Assembly (NCBI RefSeq): GCF_006345805.1
Contig: NC_043001.1
Span: 16,802,001 to 16,866,000 of the forward strand
DNA: 64,000 bases
Reading direction: 5' to 3'
DNA from: Octopus sinensis
Lineage: Eukaryota
Shown here: one piece after another, positions 54,651-64,000 of the stretch
How positions within the stretch are numbered: position 1 is the first letter of the stretch
How the letters are laid out: every line of letters starts with the position of its first letter
Program-made: the position numbers and the translations under genes
The notes under the pieces: model-generated
The model's input: the letters and a program-made list of their open reading frames with translations, nothing else
Told to the model about the DNA's origin: nothing
Database searches by the model: none

Positions 54651-56413
54651 AATATATTTCTGGAGCACAAGCATGCCAAACGAGCCAACGAGGGTGTTTC
54701 TGTGTGGTCGTTTAATGTTCTAGCTAACAATAACTTCTTGGAATTACACTTGGCCGTTTAGAAAAATACGGAAGGGCACATTGGATTATTTGCTCTTAGA
54801 TGTATCAGAAAAAGGCGACTGGATAGTCCATAGTCAAAATGTTTTATATAATAGTTCTACTAAGTAATGACTGATTTGGGTTTAATCAATCAAGCAACTT
54901 AGAAACCCTTCTTAGTCACAGTATTCTTTCTTGATCTCATTGTCTACAGTTTCTCTTCTCTTCGCACACCGCGGATAAACCTTTCCTTTTTATATTGTCT
55001 TCACATTGTCAATACAGTGTCGCCAATACAATGTCCCACCTGCGCATATCCAAAACTGAAAGCCAAATAACGCTGTCTCTTTTTATTCTTTTAATGCAGA
55101 TTTTTTTATGTGTTTGTGTACACTGTGTCCATATACAACATTCCGAACTTAAGATAACCCATATAAACTTTACCCTTCTACTTGAGACAAGTATGAAACA
55201 CTTATGAGTACAGACTTGTTTCCTTTACAATCAATAATTATGACACTCCGTTGTTAAAGCGTTTACCATCAGAGCTTGTAAAATTTTAGTTTATGTTACA
55301 TGACATTAATAAATAGAATGCGCGACCTTCTCTTCACAGCAGTGAAATATTTTTGTACTTAGGTATTTTCAGATTTTCAGTTTGTGACCCATTATGAAAA
55401 TGTATTCTCACATACGAGACAGACATTAATATAGTAAGAAAAATATTTTAAAAAGCAGAAAAGAAAAGCAGCCTACCAGACAGTTTGACCAGGTCGACAT
55501 ATATAAATCAACAACTTAACATTCACAACGAAAAATATTTCCTAACAACCAGTGGAAAATTATTTTCATAAAAAAGCCATTCGCTTTGATATTCCAAATA
55601 CATTGTCTCTTTCTGACCTCAACAGACTTTGAGTCGCTGGCATTATCGTTAAACTGGGGTGGGAATAAATGTACCGATAGAACGTCGGGTAAAATATTTT
55701 GTGGTATTTAAGCGCGTCACTCTACGTTTTGAATTCATATCACTCTGGCAACACATTTACCTTTCATCTTTACTGCCCGATAAAATGAGTACCACCTAAG
55801 CATTTGTGTCGACTTATTCCATTGTGTTCCTCCACTAAGTATATGGTCGTAACCCTCTCTATGTAAGAGCCCTGCCTTGTCTTGGGCCCATAGCTTCCTA
55901 CGAAGCTGCAGGGCCGTCGTCCTAACATGGTGTCTTGGGCAGTTTTTCAGATCTAGTAGAACCCAACCCACTCGAGTCGATTTTTCCAGAGAGAGGAGGA
56001 AGAAAGAGAGAGGAGGGAAAGAGAGAGGAGGAGAGAAAGAGAGAGGAGGGAAAGAGAGAGGAGGAGAGAAAGAGAGAGAGAGGAGGGCTGGAGTGAGCGA
56101 GATAGAAAAAATCGCTTCAGTTCAATGCTGGTAATTTATTTATCGACCTTGAAAGAATGAATGCAGAATTGATTGTGGCGATATTTGAACTCTGGGTGCA
56201 AGGAGCCACGTATATGACCGCAAGGCAATCTACACGTCGTCCTAAAATATCAGCCAGTTTGCCTATGTTAGAGATCATCATTGTCCGCGTGAAAATCTCC
56301 TTGGATTAACTTTCAAATTATATTTATTTACATATCAAATGAATCAGAATTTCCTCACTATAAAAGAAGAACACAAAACCGACGAGGATAAATGCTGAAA
56401 GATGTGTGTGTGT

Positions 56414-56512
56414 GTTAAGTTAGGTTAGTTAAGTTAAGTTAATTTTTTGGCTCAAAAAGCAAAAAGCAAGGCCATGTAGGGGGACATGGAGTTATGTACA
56501 GGGAGAGTGTTC
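56414..56512 (-). mobile_element. Short retroposon 3' end with (TTAAC)n tail
   Basis: Minus strand ...ccatgtccccctacatggccttgctttttgctttttgagccaaaaaa(ttaac)n, inserted in (GT)n. Confidence 0.45.
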
Positions 56513-57749
56513 GTGTGTGTGTGCATGCGTGCAATACAACTTGCGGAGCCCAGCTGCAGAAACTGATGCCACACTTTGTCAATAAATTAAGTACCAATCA
56601 AGAACTGGGGTCAATGTGATCGACTGTCCCCCTCCCCACAAATTCCAGGCCTTGTGTCTATAATAGAAAGGATTATTATTTGCAATGTTAGGGATCACGA
56701 CAGGGGTTGATGACATCAGAGATATCATCATCTTATATTACAACAGTAGCCGGACGAAGTTCTTAGCGGTATTTCGTCTGCCGTTACGTTCTGAGTTCAA
56801 ATTCCGCCGAGGTCGACTTTGCCTTTCATCCTTTCGGGGTCGATTAAATAAGTCCCATTTACGTACTGGGGTCGATGTAATCGACTTAATCCGTTTGTCT
56901 GTCCTTGTTTGTCCTCTCTGTGTTTAGCCCCTTGTAGGTAGTAAAGAAATAGAAATAGGTACTTCGTCTGTCTTGAAGTTCTGAGTTCAAATTCCACCGA
57001 GGCCGGCATTGCTTTTCATCCTTTCAGGGTCAATAAATTAAGTACCAATCAAGAACTGGAGTCGATGTGATCGACTGTCTCCCTCCCCACAGATTCCAGG
57101 CCTTGTGTCTATATGTACAATGTTAGGGATCACGACAGGGGTTAGTGACATCAGAGATATCATCATCTAGCTATAATCACCAGTAAAGAGACACCTTAAC
57201 AATAGATACAATTTAATACAAAATTGTTGACAAGAGCACTTTTTATGTGAGATCTCTCATCACGTGAATGTATCTGTCACGTAAAAGGCTTACCATATAT
57301 TTACCGGATTACCAAATAAATATACACAGCGAGCAAGTGTTTGTGATCGTTTAGAAGCTCCGTGGAGAGGTTGATTAGGTTTTATACGGCTTTCAAATTC
57401 ATCCGGTGAGTAAAGCGAGGAGGGGATTTAGAACCGCGCAAGACTGGTTTGATGTCTTTACGATTCAGTGGGTTCACATACTGACCACATACATACATAC
57501 ATACATACATACATACATACATACATACATACATACATTCATACAGACATACATACATACATACATACATACATACATACATACATACATACATACATAC
57601 ATACATACATACATACATACATACATACATACATACATACATACATACACATCAGAAACTACATGTACTTACGCATGCATTCACACACGCGCGTGTTTGC
57701 AGTGGCACTTTCAAATAAAAACATGCATGCAGGCGTTGACAGTTACAAT

Positions 57750-57759
57750 AATGTAGAGA

Positions 57760-57790
<31 letters not shown>

Positions 57791-57791
57791 T

Positions 57792-57827
<36 letters not shown>

Positions 57828-57929
57828 GACAGACAGACAGACAGAACAGAGAGAGAGAGAGACAGAAAGAGCGACACAGAGAGAGAGAGAAGGAGAGAGA
57901 GAGATAGTGAAACAAGCAGACAGTCACAC

Positions 57930-58006
<77 letters not shown>

Positions 58007-58015
58007 TATATATAG

Positions 58016-58059
<44 letters not shown>

Positions 58060-58087
58060 ATATATAAAGATGGCTATATATATATAT

Positions 58088-58151
<64 letters not shown>

Positions 58152-58153
58152 GC

Positions 58154-58208
<55 letters not shown>

Positions 58209-58213
58209 CAGAC

Positions 58214-58292
<79 letters not shown>

Positions 58293-58321
58293 TAGATAGA
58301 TAGATAGATAGATAGACAGAC

Positions 58322-58382
<61 letters not shown>

Positions 58383-58450
58383 AAGAGTGAGAGGGAGAGA
58401 GAGACAGACAGAGGTGGAGAGAGACAGACAGAGGTGGAGAGAGACAGACA
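57750..58450. repeat. Compound microsatellite (GA)n/(GACA)n/(GATA)n/(TA)n
   Basis: Direct reading of the sequence. Confidence 0.95.
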
Positions 58451-59507
58451 GATATAGATACATGCCAGTCTGGCTGCCTGCCTCCATCCATCCATATATA
58501 CATACATTCGACAGTTCACAAATGTATACAACTCAAAAACTGCATAGTCGGCATAAAACATGTTTACAGCGTCTGTGTGAACTCACAGCGCACGCCATGA
58601 CACTACTGCTTGCTCATTCGTATTTCACTTGACTTGTGTCAATAATATTACATCAGAGAAGAACGGGATTTACCCATAGCTTTCCATAAGTCCTCTCTCA
58701 CCATTCCTTCTCTGCCTTCTTATTAGATGATAATATACACACATACACAAAAATATTAAAATTGAAAATTTAATTGATTACTAAATGCATACATACATAT
58801 ATACATAAATACATACATACAAACAAACATACATACATACATACATACGTCGTATAGCTGCGGGGTTAAGAAACTCACTGTGTAACCACGTGATTTCAGG
58901 TTCAGTTCAAATTCCGCCGATGTCAACTTTGCCTTTCGTCCTTTACGGGGTCAATAAATAAAGTACTCGTTACGCACCTGGTTCAATGTAATCGACTTAA
59001 TCCCTTTGTCTGTGTTTAGCCCCTTGTGGGCAGTAAAGAAATAAGAAACTGCAGCAGTCAGTCATACATAGAAATGTGTGTGTGTGTGTGTGTGTGTGTG
59101 TTGTGTATGTGTGTACGTGTGCCCCCCCCCTCGTTTGCTTACGTTCTCGTTCTCGTTATTGAGCGGTTCGGCAAAAGAAAGCCGATAGAATAAGTATCAG
59201 ACTTTTTTGAGAAAAAAAGAAGACCCGGGTTGATTTGCTTGAGTAAAACCCTTTAACACAGGGCCCCAGCATGACCGCTGCCCACTGATTGAAACAAATA
59301 AAAAATGATACAATTATGACAGCAATGTCATTATTATATACAATGGCCTTCTTCTACCGCTACGTTCTGAGTTCAAATTCCGCAGAGGTCGACTTTGCCT
59401 TTCATCCTTTCGGGGTCTATTAAATAAGTACCAGTTACGCACTGGGGTCGATGTAATCGACTGGCATCCTCCCCAAAAATTTCGGGCATTGTGCCCAGAG
59501 TACAAAA

Positions 59508-59541
<34 letters not shown>

Positions 59542-59835
59542 GGATTGTCAGCTGCATTGCACATTGCAGAAAGAGTTCGGTATTTTGCATTTAAGGCATT
59601 GGACTAATCTCTTAAGACGATGAGCTGACAGAAACGTTTGAGAATCGAAACCAGAACCTTAAGTTAGACCTTCCGCTTTTCTAACTTCTGGGTTCAAACC
59701 TCGGCGTGGTCAACATTGCTTTTCGTTCTTCTCGGGTATAAAAGACAAAATCGCGGTCGATTTATTTGCCTGTGTCCCGTTCATAATTCCAAGAATTGTA
59801 CAATTGTTAGAAATAACGATTTTTAATTTTTACCA

Positions 59836-60090
59836 AGCATAGATTGGCATATTTCGGTCATACTATGCGGAGAAAATCCCTGGAGAAGGACATCATGCTC
59901 GGAATGGTCAGTGGCAAGAGAGGAAGAGGCCGACCAAGAACCCGCTGGCTTGACACCATCAAGAGTGATACCGGAATGGACATAACCAATCTGAAAGAAG
60001 GGGCCCAGGATAGAACTGACTGGAGGACACTGATCCATGGAGTAACCGAGAGTCGACTTCGACTGAACGGATAGATAGATAGATAGATAG
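59836..60090 (+). mobile_element. 5'-truncated RTE/BovB-like LINE
   Basis: Intact frame LAYFGHTMRRKSLEKDIMLGMVSGKRGRGRPRTRWLDTIK...QDRTDWRTLIHGVTESRLRLNG*; (TAGA)n tail; probable TSD aatttttacca/aacttttacca. Confidence 0.9.
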
Positions 60091-60630
60091 AACTTTTACC
60101 ATTAGTTCACTTCGAAGTTTCACCGAAACTGGCTTCTCAAACAGCATTGCTAAAGCTTGGAAGAACAGAGTCACTATTAATAATTAGTGTTAATTATTAG
60201 TATTATTTTAGCTAATCACTCAGAACTGCGTTCTTAATTTGGAGCATATTTATTGTACATAAGTACACAAGCCTTTGAAACCTGCAAGAATATGTACGTG
60301 TGTGTGTGTGTGTTTGTGTGTGTTTGTTGTGTGAATGGAATGACTGAATGTATGGATGGCTGTATTCGGAGGAGATAAATAGATAAAACCTGGTGCATAT
60401 ATGCATGTGTAAGCAGACACAAATATAAAGAGAAAGATGCCAAAGAGTTTTGGTGATAACGTCACCCTCCTCCCCACCTCTCCCTCACCCTCTCACCCTC
60501 TCTCTGTCTTTCTCTCTCCCCCCCTCTCTCTCTCGTCGCTCTCTCTCTCCCTAGCTACATCAATGAACACATTCTACTTGCACTTGAGACAACATTACTA
60601 AAATGGGGCATGTTTAGTCTGTCCATTGCA

Positions 60631-60675
<45 letters not shown>

Positions 60676-60698
60676 TAGACAAAGAGAGCCAGACAGAT

Positions 60699-60733
<35 letters not shown>

Positions 60734-60863
60734 AACATGTATGCCTGAATTCCCATATGCATATAAAACACACAAACACAACTATATATATAGCTGTCCA
60801 TATATATATATATATATACATATATTATATACATGTATTATATACATATATTATATACATGTA

Positions 60864-60904
<41 letters not shown>

Positions 60905-61019
60905 ATGAAGTGTATGGAGACAAAAGACACACAAACAGATAGATGAGAAGATAAAGAAAGTGAACCAGAAATAGGACAAGAAGAATTTGAATGATAATAC
61001 TTTGTTAAGCATAAGGGAA

Positions 61020-61630
61020 ATGGCGATGGTGGTGGCGGCTGCGTTTGTGGTGGTGGTCGTCGTCGTCATCGTTGTCGACGGTGTTGGTGGTGGTGGTGGC
61101 AGTAGTGGTGGTGGTGTCGGTGGTGGTGGTGGTGGTTGGTAATGGTGTTTGTGGCAGTTATGGTGCCAATTGCGACGACGTTGTTGGTGGTGGTGCCGAC
61201 AGACGTGAAGGTGTCAGCGGCGGTGGTGGAGGTGGTAGTGTTTGTTTTTAGTGGAGTGGCGATGGTTATAGTGCCAACTGTAACAGCGGTGTTGTTGTTG
61301 TTGTTATTGTTCTTGTTGTTGTTGTTGTTGTTGGTGGGGTGGGTGATGGTGGCTGTTACGAAAGTTGCGGTAGCGGCGTTGGCGATGGTTGTGTTCTTAT
61401 AAGACTGCAACGATGGTGGTATCCGTGTTTCTTATTGGCGTTGATGGTTCCGATGGCAGTGGCGGGGGAAAGGTTTCGGCAGCAGCAATAAAAGAGCGGC
61501 TTTGCCGGTCGGTGGTGATGGTCGTAGTTGTACCGGTGGTGTTTGTGGCGATGGTTGTGATGGAAGTGATAATTATTGTAGTTGATACAGTGCTGTGGGT
61601 GTTTGTGGTCGTGCGGAGGGTTTTGTAATG
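61020..61630. repeat. Degenerate (GGT/GTT)n low-complexity tract
   Basis: Trinucleotide-rich sequence giving poly-Thr/Val ORFs in several frames. Confidence 0.85.
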
Positions 61631-61945
61631 TGAACAGGGGTTGGCATACATCTATTTGAATCAGTGTTTATGTAAATGCATATATGTGCACATATGCATA
61701 CGTATACATTTGTGTGTACACACGTCTGCACATTCGTATGCATACATGTACACACTCACACACGCACATATCTATATATACAGACATATATATGTGCACA
61801 CACACACACACTACACATAAATACACACACACGCACACTCACAACACACACCACACACACATATATATATAGATATAATATATATAATATATATAACGTA
61901 TTCACACACATAAATCCACACGCACATATATATTATATATATAAT

Positions 61946-61981
<36 letters not shown>

Positions 61982-62065
61982 ATAGATAGATAGATAGATC
62001 GATAGATATACATTGAACATTCACCAAACATACACACGCACATAACAAATTCACTACATATAAAT

Positions 62066-62096
<31 letters not shown>

Positions 62097-62765
62097 CCAT
62101 ATATATATGAGACTGGGTCTGTGAATATGAGAGAGAGGAAGAGAGAGAGAGAGAAAGAAAGAAAGAAAGAAAGAAAGGAAGAAAGAAAGAGGGAGAGTGT
62201 GTGTGTATGCGTGTGTGTGTGTGTGTATTGAATATTTTGTCATTTGAAAGTTCTCTACTTCTATGTATATGGGTTTGTACATCCCTTTCTGTATATGTAT
62301 ACGTGTATGTGTGTGTACGTGCATATTTATGCATATAAATTCATGTGTGTGTGTGTGTTTGAGTGCCTATGTGTGTGTACGTGTATCTATGTATGGATGT
62401 GCACGTATGATTAAACCTTAAGTTACCATTAATAGAGAGGAAAACGGAAAAAGCTTCTGAGAGAACGATTAAGTTTGGAGGACGAGAATGAAATCCGTTT
62501 CGGAATTTTGTTTTGATAAAATTTCTAGATGTCAGTGGGAAACGAAACAAAAAAACAAAAAAAAAAAAACACTGTCTGTCACGTGGTCGCGTGTCTTGTT
62601 TACTGACATTTCGTAGATAAGTTTTTAATCGTCTAATTTACGTAAATATTAAGAGAAGAGTGTGTGAGATAAAGGAGAGAGAATTGAGGCCAAACAGAGA
62701 TGGCGGTGGTGGTGGTGGTGATGGTGTAGCAAAGCAACGGTGACGAGCCGAAGCAAGGCTGCATG

Positions 62766-62791
62766 AGAAGAAGAAGAAGAAGAAGAAGAAG

Positions 62792-62826
<35 letters not shown>

Positions 62827-62976
62827 AGAAGAAGAGAAAAAGGGGAAAGGAGGTGAAAAAGATGAAGAAGAAGAAAAGAAGAAAAGAAGCTGAGAAAGAA
62901 AGAAAAAGAAGAAGAAGAAGAAGAAGAAGAAGAAGAAGAAGAAGAAGAAGAAGAAGAAAAGAAGAAGAAGAAGAAG
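62766..62976. repeat. (AAG)n polypurine tract
   Basis: Direct reading of the sequence. Confidence 0.95.
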
Positions 62977-63245
62977 ATGTCATGCTTCCACTTTGACGGA
63001 TGAGATTGAAATGAAAATAGTTGTGCAATGGATAACATCATCGTCATTGATTGTCAAACTGTGGCCGATACATTTCTCCATTCTCTCCTTTCGCATGCTT
63101 CAGTCTTTGCCATGTTGGTGCACAACTTCGAAGGGTTTAATTGAAGAATCGACCCACAGCTTATTGCTTTCACGTCTGGTATCTTATAGTCTTTTGCCAA
63201 ATTGCTAAGCTATGGGAACGTAAGCAAACCAAAAAAACAATTGAT

Positions 63246-63317
<72 letters not shown>

Positions 63318-64000
63318 CATATAATAGACCCACACAACGGGCTTCTAAAGTTTGCCGTCTACCAATTTCATTTACAAGACATGGATCGGCCCGGTACAAT
63401 AATAGAAGACACTTACTCAAGGTACCGTGTAGTGGGACTGAACCTGAAATCTTCTGCTTGAAAATGAAACTTTTTTACCTCAGAGCCACGTGTACACTAT
63501 GCATACTTTTTAAAGAGACGTAACAATAGCTATAAGCATTCTTCTATGTTGGTTTGGTTAGGATTATTATTGATATTTCTAGAAGAATTACTACTGTTTG
63601 ATGTATTAGGAAATATTTCAGAGATCTAATCCACAACAACCAAAGAAACAGCCATTTCAGACCAATCGGAACTAAACAACATAAGGTGCTGATGCAAAGT
63701 AGGGAATTCTTGTAGTTTAGTGGTTTTTATAGAGAAAGAAATATAACACGGGTTGTTCCAAAACTGTATTGAGATGCGCTTTCTCAGGAGAAAGGAGTGA
63801 AGTTGGGGGACTTTAGAACGATGTCCAATATCAAGGTAATAGATAGAATAATGAGGGTGGGTGGGTGTATAGTAAATCAACTTCAAAGAATTAGAGACCG
63901 TAATAGTAGCAGTGAAAATAAGAAAAGTGATGACTTTGTTCGGCATAGAGAAAATCACTGGAATGTGAGAGATAACGAAAGTTCATTGTCAGTCGAGGTG

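Noticed and set aside
57743-58561. 272-aa ORF rich in SIYL
   Set aside because: Translation of (TATC)n microsatellite.
61020-61651. Mucin-like Thr-rich or hydrophobic ORFs
   Set aside because: Degenerate trinucleotide repeat open in several frames; no splice or domain evidence.
62633-63047. Poly-Arg/Leu/Ser ORFs
   Set aside because: (AAG)n microsatellite.

Overview
AT-rich, microsatellite- and retroposon-dense animal genomic DNA. The SINE families and repeat landscape point to a cephalopod, probably Octopus (inference). One protein-coding gene is recognisable: a BMP1/tolloid astacin metalloprotease on the minus strand. Six phase-consistent GT-AG exons between 40369 and 29143 encode the prodomain, furin site, complete astacin domain and first part of CUB1. 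I could not find the first exon or the exons after CUB1a, and a 100-N gap lies at 27833-27932. The rest is intronic/intergenic: three tRNA-derived SINE families (one forming head-less tandem arrays with a LINE-like tail), deleted Tc1/mariner elements, an 8-bp-TSD MITE, Helitron-like elements, and 3' fragments of RTE/BovB, Tx1/L1 and RLE (R4/Dong-like) LINEs. The most interesting signal is a set of hammerhead-ribozyme folds in short, often palindromic, Penelope-like elements. Several have non-canonical cores: G3-C8 or U3-A8 pairs, an extra purine before stem II, or a C-A junction. All structure calls were made by eye and need computational and experimental confirmation.
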